Below, piece after piece: positions 1 through 8,412 of a DNA stretch of 47,929 nt. Below the pieces are notes generated by a model that saw only the letters and a program-made list of their open reading frames with translations, was not told where the DNA came from and searched no databases. Source of the DNA: Gemmatimonadota bacterium (lineage in GTDB: Bacteria; Gemmatimonadota; Gemmatimonadetes; Palauibacterales; KS3-K002). The stretch's first letter is position 1; every line of letters begins with the position of its first letter. The DNA is taken from the NCBI GenBank assembly GCA_039586795.1, contig JBDHJS010000030.1, positions 1 through 47,929 of the forward strand, written 5' to 3'. Both the position numbers and the translations under genes were made by a program.

Positions 1-1
1 C

Positions 2-637
2 CGTCTCGTCGGCGATCGGGCCAAGGTCGTCTTTCAGTTGCATGATCCAATCGCTGTACTCGCCGGTCATGAGCCGGGCGGCCATCGCCGTGATCTCGTC
101 TACGGTGAATGGCGGTTCTACGGGCTCGAATGCCGGATCGATTGGAGCTGTCGGTTCTTCCATCGCGGGCGGCGCTTCCGCTGGCGGTGAGGTCGGCACT
201 TCGATCTCGATCGGTGTCGAGGGTGATGCCGAGGCCGGAGCGTCGGGCTCGGCGGCGTCGGGTCCCTCCAAAAAGTCTGGAAACCCCCCGTCGTCGATAC
301 CGAATCCCGGATCCTCCGCAGTCGAGACGGGCTCTGGGGCGCTGGGCGCCGCGGCGGGCGGCTCCAGAGGCTCCTTTCCACCGGCGTCCGCTTCCTCATC
401 AAGGGCCAGTTCGCTGACTTCCTCGCCCTCGGCGGCCGGCTCGATCTCGAACTCCTCGGCCAGGTCCAGATCGGCGAGGGCGTCGGCGGGCTCGGGTGTC
501 CCCGGCTGGGCCTCAGGTTGCGCGCCCGCTTCTACCGCCTCGTCCTCCGTGAAGAACGGCGGCGCCATCTCTTTCTTCTCCGGGCGGTCGGCCTGCTGGC
601 CGCCGGCACCGCCGATGTACGGCGTCGGTATGGTCAC
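2..637 (-). CDS. Acidic, Pro/Ala/Glu-rich hypothetical protein, runs off the window start (3' partial)
   Basis: Hand translation from GTG at 637 (GGAGG SD at 647-651) is open for 212 codons: MTIPTPYIGGAGGQQADRPEKKEMAPPFFTEDEAVEAG...EITAMAARLMTGEYSDWIMQLKDDLGPIADET. Missing from the ORF track because there is no stop in the window. Confidence 0.8.
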   Translation of the reverse strand, partial: MTIPTPYIGGAGGQQADRPEKKEMAPPFFTEDEAVEAGAQPEAQPGTPEPADALADLDLAEEFEIEPAAEGEEVSELALDEEADAGGKEPLEPPAAAPSAPEPVSTAEDPGFGIDDGGFPDFLEGPDAAEPDAPASASPSTPIEIEVPTSPPAEAPPAMEEPTAPIDPAFEPVEPPFTVDEITAMAARLMTGEYSDWIMQLKDDLGPIADET

Positions 638-675
638 TGCTGGGTTCCTCCGTCTGTGACTGGGGTCCGGCCCGA

Positions 676-703
676 AATCTATCCCGCCGGCGGGCCCGGT
701 CAA
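676..703 (-). promoter_or_regulatory. Sigma70-like promoter TTGACC-N16-TAGATT
   Basis: -35 at 698-703 and -10 at 676-681, upstream of the 637 start. The spacer holds the palindrome CCCGCCGGCGGG (683-694). Confidence 0.5.
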
Positions 704-719
704 ATGGCCGAAAACGGCG

Positions 720-1361
720 TCAGTGAACGGTTCTCAGGATCAGGAAGCCCAAAACGAGGGCGATCACGAAGACCACCGTCAGGATGTTGAAATAGCGGTC
801 GATGAAGCCGCGGATTTGTGGTCCCCAGATTCGAATCATCCCGGCGACCAGGAAGAACCGGGCGCCACGGCTCACCGCCGATATCACGACGAACGGAACG
901 AACGGAACCGCGAAGGCGCCGGCCGCAATCGTGAAGACTTTGTACGGAATCGGTGTGAAGCCCGCCGTGCCAAGAGCCAGGACGAGGTTCTCACGATACA
1001 GGTCCCCTACTCGCTGAAAAGCCTCGCCCGCGTTGTAGAAGTCGATGATCGGTTGTCCGATCAGGTCGAACAGCTGAAGGCCGATGATGTACCCGAATAC
1101 CCCGCCCAGGACGGAGCCGGCAGTGCAGATGGCAGCGAAGTAAAGGCTACCACGTGGCCGTCCAACGGCGAGGGCGATCAGTAGCACGTCGGGCGGAATT
1201 AGAAAGAACGACGCCTCAACAAAAGCGAGGATGAAGAGCGCCAGTGCACCGTATCGGGAATCTGCCCAACTGAGCACCCAGTCATAAAGGCGCCGAACCC
1301 AACCCTTCTTTCTGGGACCCTCCTGTTCCGCCACCACCCTTTCCGGCGCGCTATCTACCAT
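720..1361 (-). CDS. YqaA/DedA (VTT domain) membrane protein
   Basis: LYDWVLSWA...FVEASFFLIPPDVLL, GFTPIPYKVFTIAAG and SRGARFF are typical YqaA-family motifs; several TM segments. Confidence 0.9.
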   Translation of the reverse strand: MVDSAPERVVAEQEGPRKKGWVRRLYDWVLSWADSRYGALALFILAFVEASFFLIPPDVLLIALAVGRPRGSLYFAAICTAGSVLGGVFGYIIGLQLFDLIGQPIIDFYNAGEAFQRVGDLYRENLVLALGTAGFTPIPYKVFTIAAGAFAVPFVPFVVISAVSRGARFFLVAGMIRIWGPQIRGFIDRYFNILTVVFVIALVLGFLILRTVH

Positions 1362-2038
1362 CTCTCCACCTCTTCCCCGCTGCTGTTGTTCAAGTCTTGA
1401 AATTCGACGAACCGGACGCGGGCGATCACTTCATCATCGATCGATCCATCATCGAACTTGACGATGCGGTGAAGCGCCTGCGAGTCGTCTTCCCCGATCG
1501 GGATCAGCAATTTGCCACCGGGCTTGAGTTGCTCGATCAGTAGCGGAGGCACCTCTCGCGCCCCAGCAGTGACCAGTATCGCATCGAACGGCGAATACGA
1601 TCGCCAGCCATAGCTGCCGTCACCGGCGCGGATGGCGACGTTGGTGATGCCCAGCGCCTCGATCTTGCTACGCGCCTCTGCAGCCAGTTCCGGAATCAAC
1701 TCGACGGAAAAGATCTGCTCGCACATATGCGCCAGTAACGCCGTCTGAAATCCAGAACCGGTTCCGACTTCCAGTACTCGCTCCCTGCCACCCAGATCCA
1801 GCGCTTGCAGATACAACGCGTGGGTGCTCGGCCGTGAGATGCTCTGGCCCTTTCCTAGAGGAAGCGCTTCGTCAGCGTAGGCACGGGCCTCGAACCGTTC
1901 AGGAACGAAGAAGTGCCGCGGCACTTGATCGAATGCGTGCAACAGAGCCAGGTCGGTGATACCGCCTTCACGCAGCTGTTCGATGAGCCTGCGGCGTCGT
2001 TCCTGGTGGGCTGCTAAGTCGCGCGGCTGGAATGGCAC
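1355..2038 (-). CDS. pcm: Protein-L-isoaspartate O-methyltransferase
   Basis: VPRHFFV, AYADEALPLGKGQSIS, VLEVGTGSGFQTALLA, PFDAILVTAG, LIEQLKPGGKLLIPIG. Confidence 0.93.
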   Translation of the reverse strand: MPFQPRDLAAHQERRRRLIEQLREGGITDLALLHAFDQVPRHFFVPERFEARAYADEALPLGKGQSISRPSTHALYLQALDLGGRERVLEVGTGSGFQTALLAHMCEQIFSVELIPELAAEARSKIEALGITNVAIRAGDGSYGWRSYSPFDAILVTAGAREVPPLLIEQLKPGGKLLIPIGEDDSQALHRIVKFDDGSIDDEVIARVRFVEFQDLNNSSGEEVERW

Positions 2039-2093
2039 GCCGACTTGTCCTTTGTGGATGGCCTGTAGCTAGTTTCGCTTTGGTGCATGCGAG

Positions 2094-2400
2094 CTAAACG
2101 TCCTTCGGCTCCTGAAGCATGTCGAGCAGCTCGTGGACGCCTTCCTTGAGACGTCTGACCGCCTGCCTGTCCAACGCCTTGCCGGCCGCCTCCTCGAGCT
2201 CGCCTTCTTCGCGCAGGTTCGAGCTCGATGAGCTTGATTTCACGCGCTCGGTACACGCGATTGCCTGCGCGGTTCTTGGATGGGCTCAATTCCTTGAACT
2301 GCGTCTCCCAGTAGCGGAGCACGTGTGGCTTGAGCCCCGCCATCTCGCAGACCTCTCCTATAGAGAAGTACTCGCGGCGTGCGATGCGGTCATGTCGCAT
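2094..2400 (-). pseudogene. MerR-family regulator interrupted by a frameshift and probable internal deletion at about 2220
   Basis: Codons 1-60 (2400-2221) give a MerR HTH (YFSIGEVCEMAGLKPHVLRYWETQFKELSPSKNRAGNRVY). After one extra base the shifted frame (2219-2094) reads NLREEGELEEAAGKALDRQAVRRLKEGVHELLDMLQEPKDV*, a plausible helical C-terminus. Confidence 0.75.
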
Positions 2401-3409
2401 CGGCCCCTCCCCATAACTCGGGTTTCGGCTCTCGCAGCATCAGGTCGGCGGTAGCCCGTTTGGGGGACTTTCCCTCAAACAGAATGTGGTGCATCTCGTC
2501 GACGATCGGCATCTCGACTTTGTACTGCGCAGCGAGCTTGCGCGCCGCCTTCGTGGTCCGCACACCCTCGGCTACCATCCGCATGCTGGACAGTATCTCG
2601 TCTAGAGACTCGCCCTTTCCCAGCCTCACCCCAACCGTACGGTTCCTGCTCAATTCGGCATTACAGGTCAAAACCAGATCGCCGAGCCCGGCTAGCCCGG
2701 CAAATGTCGTCGCTTTGGCGCCCATCGCCATACCCAACCGCGTGATCTCCGCCAGGCCGCGGGTGATGAGCGCGGCGCGGCTGTTGTGCCGGTAGCCCAG
2801 GCCAACCGTGATACCGGACGCCAGGGCGATCACGTTCTTCAGGGCCGCGGCGAGCTCCACGCCCAGGACATCGTCGTTCGTGTAAACGCGGAAGCGCGCA
2901 GTGTTAAAATAACCCTGCGTGAAACGCGCCACCTCCTCGGCTCGTGACGCGGCGACGATGGCGGTCGGATCACCTTCGCCCACTTCGACGGCAAAACTAG
3001 GGCCGCAAAGCACCGCAGGCTCGTGGTCCGGCAAGAGGTCGAGCAGAACCTCGCTGGGGCGCTCCAGCGTATCCACCTCGATCCCCTTGGTCGCCGTGAC
3101 CAGGACCGCGCCGTCGGGGACGTATGGTGCCGCCGCCGCGATGACCTCCCGGAACCATTGCGTGGGTACGACGGCGACAACGAGCTCGGCACCCTCGAGA
3201 GCTTCCTGGTGATCGCGCGTCACCCGCAGCGATGCCGGAAGCTCGATCCCGGGTAGGTAATCGAGGTTTTGGCGCTCGGTGCGAATCTGCTCGGCCACCG
3301 ACTCTTCGAGGCACCACAGTCCAACGTCGTGCCCTTTGTCGGCCAGCACCTTCGCCAGAGCCGTGCCCCAACTGCCCGCACCGATCACCGTCGCTCGACC
3401 CATGCTCAC
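2390..3409 (-). CDS. gpsA: NAD(P)H-dependent glycerol-3-phosphate dehydrogenase
   Basis: VIGAGSWGTALA, TKGIE, GPSFAVEV, ALKNVIALA, GLAGLGDLVLTC, SRN. Confidence 0.97.
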   Translation of the reverse strand: MSMGRATVIGAGSWGTALAKVLADKGHDVGLWCLEESVAEQIRTERQNLDYLPGIELPASLRVTRDHQEALEGAELVVAVVPTQWFREVIAAAAPYVPDGAVLVTATKGIEVDTLERPSEVLLDLLPDHEPAVLCGPSFAVEVGEGDPTAIVAASRAEEVARFTQGYFNTARFRVYTNDDVLGVELAAALKNVIALASGITVGLGYRHNSRAALITRGLAEITRLGMAMGAKATTFAGLAGLGDLVLTCNAELSRNRTVGVRLGKGESLDEILSSMRMVAEGVRTTKAARKLAAQYKVEMPIVDEMHHILFEGKSPKRATADLMLREPKPELWGGADAT

Positions 3410-4047
3410 GCCTCGCTTGCCGCTTCGGTCGACGCATCGGCCGCCGGAGCGCCTGACCCCCGGGATGTGCGCGGCTCACGCCCCGCCCGCAAGCGCCGAA
3501 TATTGGTGCGATGCGTCCACCAAACGAAACCGACCAGCGGCAGAGTCGACCAGAACACGAAATCGAACCGGTGGCCGGTGATCCAGACCAGCCCGGGCAA
3601 TGCCGTAGCGCCGATCAACGAGGCCACCGATGCGATCCGCACGGTGACGATGATGATCAACCAAACAAGGGCGGCCAGACCCACGGCGGCGGGCGCGATG
3701 GCCAGGTAGGCGCCGGCCCCGGTTGCGACCCCCTTGCCGCCTCGAAAGCCCACCCAGACCGAAAAGACATGGCCGAGAACAGCCGCCAGGCCGTAGGCCA
3801 GAGCCAGTTCCGGCCGATCTACACCGTCCAGACCCGGAAAGAACCAGGCCGGGGCGAACCCCTTCCCCACGTCGACGAGCATACAAAGAAAGGCGAGGGG
3901 GAATCCCGCGGCGCGGTACAGGTTGGTCGCTCCCAGGTTCCCGCTTCCCCACTCCCGCAGATTGATCCCACGGAGCCGAGCCAGCAATAGGCTGGTGGGA
4001 GTGGATCCGAACAGATAGGCGGCGAGGAGCAGGCCGAATACGATCAT
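3406..4047 (-). CDS. plsY: Glycerol-3-phosphate acyltransferase PlsY
   Basis: GSGNLGATN, GHVFSVWVGFRGGKGVAT, HRTNIRRL. ATG at 4047 overlaps the der stop (ATGA). Confidence 0.96.
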   Translation of the reverse strand: MIVFGLLLAAYLFGSTPTSLLLARLRGINLREWGSGNLGATNLYRAAGFPLAFLCMLVDVGKGFAPAWFFPGLDGVDRPELALAYGLAAVLGHVFSVWVGFRGGKGVATGAGAYLAIAPAAVGLAALVWLIIIVTVRIASVASLIGATALPGLVWITGHRFDFVFWSTLPLVGFVWWTHRTNIRRLRAGREPRTSRGSGAPAADASTEAASEA

Positions 4048-5438
4048 CGGCGATCCTTTCGCCGGGCTTTCAGTTTCAGACGCAACGGAACGCCCATGAA
4101 ACCCCATGCATCTCGGAAACCGTTGACCAGATAGCGAGCGTAGTTCTCCGGCACATCCTTCGGGTAATTGCTCCAAACCGCAAAGATCGGCGGCGCCGTA
4201 CTCACCTGAGATGCGTAGCCGAACTTGATTGGGCTTCCTCGTCTGTGCGGCGGATGCACGGCTTCCGTCAAAGCCTGAAGGGTCTCGTTGACTTCCTTGG
4301 TCGAGATCCGCTTCTGGCGTTCTTCACCCACCTGCCAGGCGATGTCCAGCGCGCGGTGCACGCGCTGACCCGAAAGCGCGGAGATGAACACGATAGGTAC
4401 ATCTGTTAGGAATGGGACGCGCTTGCGAAGCGCTTTCTCCATCCTGACAGCCGTATGCGTATCCTTTTCGATCAGATCCCACTTGTTCACGACCAGGACG
4501 AGACCGCAGCCGCGATCCCACGCCAGCCGGGCGATTTTGAAGTCCTGGTTGCCGACGCCGTCATCCGCATCGACGATCAGGATACACACATCCGCCCGGT
4601 CAATCGCGCGCAGGGTGCGCAGCGACGCGTAGTACTCCAGACCATCAGTGATCCGGCTCTTCCGTCGCAAGCCGGTCGTGTCGACAAAAACATATCGCCG
4701 ATCATCGCGCTCGAACGGCGTGTCGATCGCGTCCCGCGTCGTTCCCGCCTTCTCCGAGACGACGAGTCGCTCGGTGCCAAGCAGCTTATTGATGAAGCTC
4801 GACTTACCGACGTTCGGTTTACCGATCACGGCGAGACGAAGCCCCTGATCGACGAACTCGCCGGAGCGGTCCGGCAGCATATCGACGATCCTGTCCAAGA
4901 GATCGCCGCTTGCTTTGCCGCTCGCCGCTGATAGCGCGAAGGGTTCGCCAATACCGAGCGAGTAGAACTCCAGATGCTCCGTCGAGTCCGGCAGGTTGTC
5001 GACCTTGTTGACCACGAGCAGCGTGTCGGACTCCCTCGTGCGGAGCAATTCGGCGATATGCTGATCCAACGGGTGGACGCCCTCTCGACCGTCGACCATG
5101 AAGACAATGACCGACGCCTCCTCCATCGCCGCCAATGCTTGCCGCCGGATCGCCTCGTCCATCTCCGCCGACGCATCTTCGACGATGCCGCCTGTATCCA
5201 CGACGTAAAAGCGCCGCCCACGCCACTCGGCCTCGCCGAAGTGGATGTCCCGGGTCACCCCGGGCTGGCTATCGACGATGGCCTGGCGGCCGCCGACGAT
5301 TCTGTTGAAGAACGTCGACTTCCCCACGTTGGGACGGCCCACGATGGCCACCGTGGCTATGACTGCGCTGCCGCTGTTCACGGGCGGCTCGGACTCACCG
5401 TGCGTGTCCTTTCGGGTCGCGGAATCAAGCACCGACAT
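4044..5438 (-). CDS. der: Ribosome biogenesis GTPase Der (EngA); true start may be a downstream GTG
   Basis: Two G domains (GRPNVGKS...DTGG...NKVD and GKPNVGKS...DTTG...NKWD) plus a KH-like C-terminus; der-plsY-gpsA synteny. Confidence 0.97.
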   Translation of the reverse strand: MSVLDSATRKDTHGESEPPVNSGSAVIATVAIVGRPNVGKSTFFNRIVGGRQAIVDSQPGVTRDIHFGEAEWRGRRFYVVDTGGIVEDASAEMDEAIRRQALAAMEEASVIVFMVDGREGVHPLDQHIAELLRTRESDTLLVVNKVDNLPDSTEHLEFYSLGIGEPFALSAASGKASGDLLDRIVDMLPDRSGEFVDQGLRLAVIGKPNVGKSSFINKLLGTERLVVSEKAGTTRDAIDTPFERDDRRYVFVDTTGLRRKSRITDGLEYYASLRTLRAIDRADVCILIVDADDGVGNQDFKIARLAWDRGCGLVLVVNKWDLIEKDTHTAVRMEKALRKRVPFLTDVPIVFISALSGQRVHRALDIAWQVGEERQKRISTKEVNETLQALTEAVHPPHRRGSPIKFGYASQVSTAPPIFAVWSNYPKDVPENYARYLVNGFRDAWGFMGVPLRLKLKARRKDRR

Positions 5439-5511
5439 CTGCCCGTGTGAAGGCGATCACTGGCTCCTAGAAGATGTAATGGGTTCTATCCGCTGAAGAA
5501 AGATAAGCACA

Positions 5512-5539
5512 AAAATAGGAGCCACTTATGGCTTGTCAA
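5512..5539 (-). promoter_or_regulatory. Sigma70-like promoter TTGACA-N16-TATTTT for the der-plsY-gpsA unit
   Basis: Perfect -35 at 5534-5539 and -10 at 5512-5517 in an AT-rich intergenic stretch. Confidence 0.6.
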
Positions 5540-5601
5540 CTCGACCGATACTGGAGCAAGCGAGCGCCGCGCTGGCTGGTTGACTCGCCGTGTGATGAGA
5601 G

Positions 5602-5631
5602 AGCGGCGGGACCTCAAAAAGCCCCGCCGCT
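5602..5631. terminator. Stem-loop downstream of the TPR gene, possible terminator
   Basis: AGCGGCGGG (5602-5610) pairs with CCCGCCGCT (5623-5631); the U-tract is weak. Confidence 0.4.
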
Positions 5632-5689
5632 TGATTGCTGCCGCGCCGCTCCATCGGCGGCGTCTCGAGCGCCCAATGATGAGCCGCGA

Positions 5690-7180
5690 TCAGGTCCCAA
5701 CCCGGGCATAGGTGAACCCGGAGATCAGGGCATCGGACTCGAAGCTGTGCCGTACTGGCGACAGGTTACCCTGTTCGGGAGCGGGGAGGCTGATCGTCTC
5801 GCTCTGGATGATCTCACCGAGATCATCGTAGAAGTCGAACTGGATTTGAACGTTCGCGCCGACGTCTAGCTTGAAGTTCACGAGACTGCCACTGATGCTG
5901 TAAGTGCCTTCCTCGGACTCTACTCGAACCTGCACGAAGTCGAGTTCAGCGTCTTCTCGTCTCTGAAGAACGGCCAGCGCGCTGTCCACCTGCTCGGTTT
6001 CGCGGTAGGCGTTGGCGAGCATGGCCAGGTTGTTCATGTTGAGCGGGTAACGCTCGACCAGGGCCCGGCCGACGACGACGAGTGAGTCGAACTGAGCCGA
6101 GTTGAAGAGCGAGAGTCCAAGCTGCTCGAGGGAATTCGCACGGTACGGCTCGAGGTCGAGGGCCGCCGTGAATGCACGCACCGCCTCCTCGTGCAGACCG
6201 ATCTGCGTCAAGCCTACACCGATATTGTGGTAATCGGCCGCATCGAGATCTTCCCGAGCCAGCAACTCTGAGTAGTAGTTGAGAGCTACGCGCTGGACCG
6301 AGTCCGCCTTGGTGAGCAACGCTTCGCGATCGGGGCCGGCCTCCATAGAGACAGCGTCCGAACGGTATTTACGTGACGCACGTGTCAGCACTACGGCCGC
6401 GTTTGACATGGCGTCGACGTTTCCCGGCTCGTACTCCAGGAATTCATCGTACGCGGCAGCCGCTTCCTCGAACCGCTCGTCCATCGCCAACAGCTGCGCC
6501 AGGTTGAACGATGCCGAGCGCATGTTCTCGTCACGCTGCTGCTCGTTGAGCCGCTCGGAAGCGGAGCCCGCGACTATCGCGGCTTGGAAATACTCGATCG
6601 CCTGCTCTTGCAGCTCGTCCCTTTCCGCTGGATCGGTGGCCTGCGTCGCATCATGCGCGTACATCGACCCGAGCTGCAGCATCGGGTTAGGGTCTTTCTT
6701 GTATACTGTCCACGCGTTCTGATACCCTTCACGCGCCCGTTCAACGTCCCCAGCGCCCTGGTAGCCGACGGCCCGATTGAACGCTCTCACGTACGCGTTG
6801 AAACGTAGCGTATCGATACGCGCCTCGTAGCACGACCAGAGATCCAAGGCCATGGTCCATGCGGCGTCGGCCTCGGCAAAGCGGTCGAGATCCGCGTAGA
6901 TCCGGCCGGCCCACAGATACACCTGCGGATTGGGCCTGTCGGCGTTCTCGTCGATGTCCACTTCCAGCGCGGCTATGCCCTGCTCAAGCAGCCGCCTTCT
7001 GTCAGCGGGTGTCTTACCACGCGACTGGTCCACATACAACTCTGCGCTCGTCACTGCCCGCCCGCCCCTGGGCTTCTCGCCCACACAGTCGTCCTGGGCC
7101 GCCGCCGGTCGCGGCAACGCCATCAGCGCTAAGGCCATGGCAGCGGAGCCTGCCAATATGGCTAAACGACGTAACACCAT
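5690..7180 (-). CDS. Secreted tetratricopeptide-repeat protein with a C-terminal FxLYD-like beta domain
   Basis: ATG at 7180 with GGGAGG SD; signal peptide MVLRRLAILAG...AAA-QD; TPR-like helices (YHNIGVGLTQIGLHEEAVRAFTAALDLEP); C-terminal ISGSLVN...IQFDFYDDLGEII. Confidence 0.8.
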   Translation of the reverse strand: MVLRRLAILAGSAAMALALMALPRPAAAQDDCVGEKPRGGRAVTSAELYVDQSRGKTPADRRRLLEQGIAALEVDIDENADRPNPQVYLWAGRIYADLDRFAEADAAWTMALDLWSCYEARIDTLRFNAYVRAFNRAVGYQGAGDVERAREGYQNAWTVYKKDPNPMLQLGSMYAHDATQATDPAERDELQEQAIEYFQAAIVAGSASERLNEQQRDENMRSASFNLAQLLAMDERFEEAAAAYDEFLEYEPGNVDAMSNAAVVLTRASRKYRSDAVSMEAGPDREALLTKADSVQRVALNYYSELLAREDLDAADYHNIGVGLTQIGLHEEAVRAFTAALDLEPYRANSLEQLGLSLFNSAQFDSLVVVGRALVERYPLNMNNLAMLANAYRETEQVDSALAVLQRREDAELDFVQVRVESEEGTYSISGSLVNFKLDVGANVQIQFDFYDDLGEIIQSETISLPAPEQGNLSPVRHSFESDALISGFTYARVGT

Positions 7181-7236
7181 TGAACTACCTCCCTCAGCCG
7201 TCCCAAGGGCCTGCCGGGCCCCATAATGTAGCCTGG

Positions 7237-8412
7237 TTAACATTCAGGGTCGGTTCTTAATAGATGCTCGATGTCCTGCCGCGCCTTCCAGGCCGGCACG
7301 TTCAGGGCTCGAGCTGCGTCGACTATATCATCATACTCCGGTTTGCAACGAACGTGCCCTCCGGGTGTGATGGCTGTTTTGAGCCGGATGGGGTGCCCGC
7401 GCCATTTTATCCGGTTTAGCGATCTAGGCAAGGTCTGGCGCTCGACGGGCCAAAATCGCAGACCGAGGGTCGAGCTACCCTCGAGCAGGGCGTGAGACAC
7501 GGCTTCCCGGGCCGAATCTTGGACGAGTGCTTCGATGCGGGTGCCGAGGCGGCCCTTTTTCATCTGAACCGGGTGCGTCCAGACATCGATGGCGCCGGCG
7601 GCTTGGAGCTCTTCGATGAGCGGCGGCAGGTATTCTGGAGACATGTCGTCGACGTCCGCCTGGAGAACCCACATGTGACGAGATGCCTCAAGCTCGGCCA
7701 ACACGACACGGAGGCAATTCGGGTGGGTCTCGGGATCGCGGTTCCCGGCGCCGAAACCCGAGCGTACCGGTGTGTACGATGCGGGGGCACGCTCGCCCCC
7801 GGTTAGGGTGGCGAGGAGAACGGCGCCTGTGGGAGTGGTCAACTCAAAGTCGAGTTCGGTCTCGAAGATGGGAAGCCCCTCGAGGAGCCTGAGTGTCGCC
7901 GGCGCCGGCACGGGTAACCGGCCATGCGCCGAGGTGATCCAGCCGTGGCCGACGGCGACCGGTCGAGTGAAGCAGGCATCGATCGAGAGCTGAGTGATTC
8001 CTGCTGCGGCGCCGACGATATCCACGATGGCGTCGGCGGCGCCCACCTCGTGGAAGTGAATCCGATCTGGAGGCATACCATGGATGGCGCCTTCGACCTC
8101 GGCCAGCTTGTTGAACGCCTCCGATGCCAGCTCTGTGACCCGGCCATCGAGATTCGCGCGATCGATGATCTCGAGGACGTCAGCCAGATGGCGTTCGGGT
8201 TCGGCGCCTGTCGGGTTCACCGATACCGACGCTGCGGAGAGCGAGCCGCGGGTCACCCGGCCGATGTCGAGTTCGACCGCAACGGGGAGTGAGCTGACAA
8301 GGTCACGCAACCATTCTTCGGTAAGGCCGAGATCGATGAGTGCGCCCAGGATCATGTCGCCGCTGATCCCGGAGAACGGGTCGAAGATCAGGCCGCGCGT
8401 CTTCGCTTCCAT
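7237..8412 (-). CDS. larC: Nickel-pincer cofactor biosynthesis protein LarC
   Basis: FDPFSGISGDMILGALIDLG, IHFHEVGAADAIVD, HGRLPVPAPAT, ELTTPTGA, VDDMSPE, MKKGRLG, KPEYDD. Confidence 0.93.
   Translation of the reverse strand: MEAKTRGLIFDPFSGISGDMILGALIDLGLTEEWLRDLVSSLPVAVELDIGRVTRGSLSAASVSVNPTGAEPERHLADVLEIIDRANLDGRVTELASEAFNKLAEVEGAIHGMPPDRIHFHEVGAADAIVDIVGAAAGITQLSIDACFTRPVAVGHGWITSAHGRLPVPAPATLRLLEGLPIFETELDFELTTPTGAVLLATLTGGERAPASYTPVRSGFGAGNRDPETHPNCLRVVLAELEASRHMWVLQADVDDMSPEYLPPLIEELQAAGAIDVWTHPVQMKKGRLGTRIEALVQDSAREAVSHALLEGSSTLGLRFWPVERQTLPRSLNRIKWRGHPIRLKTAITPGGHVRCKPEYDDIVDAARALNVPAWKARQDIEHLLRTDPEC

Noticed and set aside
42..659. 205-aa Ser/Gly-rich plus-strand ORF
   Set aside because: It mirrors the acidic minus-strand gene, which has the SD and promoter.
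2014..2400. 128-aa MerR ORF as given in the track
   Set aside because: Residues after position 60 look out of frame and overlap pcm; a frameshifted gene fits better.
4669..4686. DTTG instead of DTAG in the second Der G domain
   Set aside because: A single-base change that keeps the DxxG motif; it could be a neutral variant or a sequencing error.
5425..5460. 11-aa uORF (MIAFTRADVGA) overlapping the 5' end of der
   Set aside because: The SD is only 3 nt from the GTG and there are no leader-peptide features.
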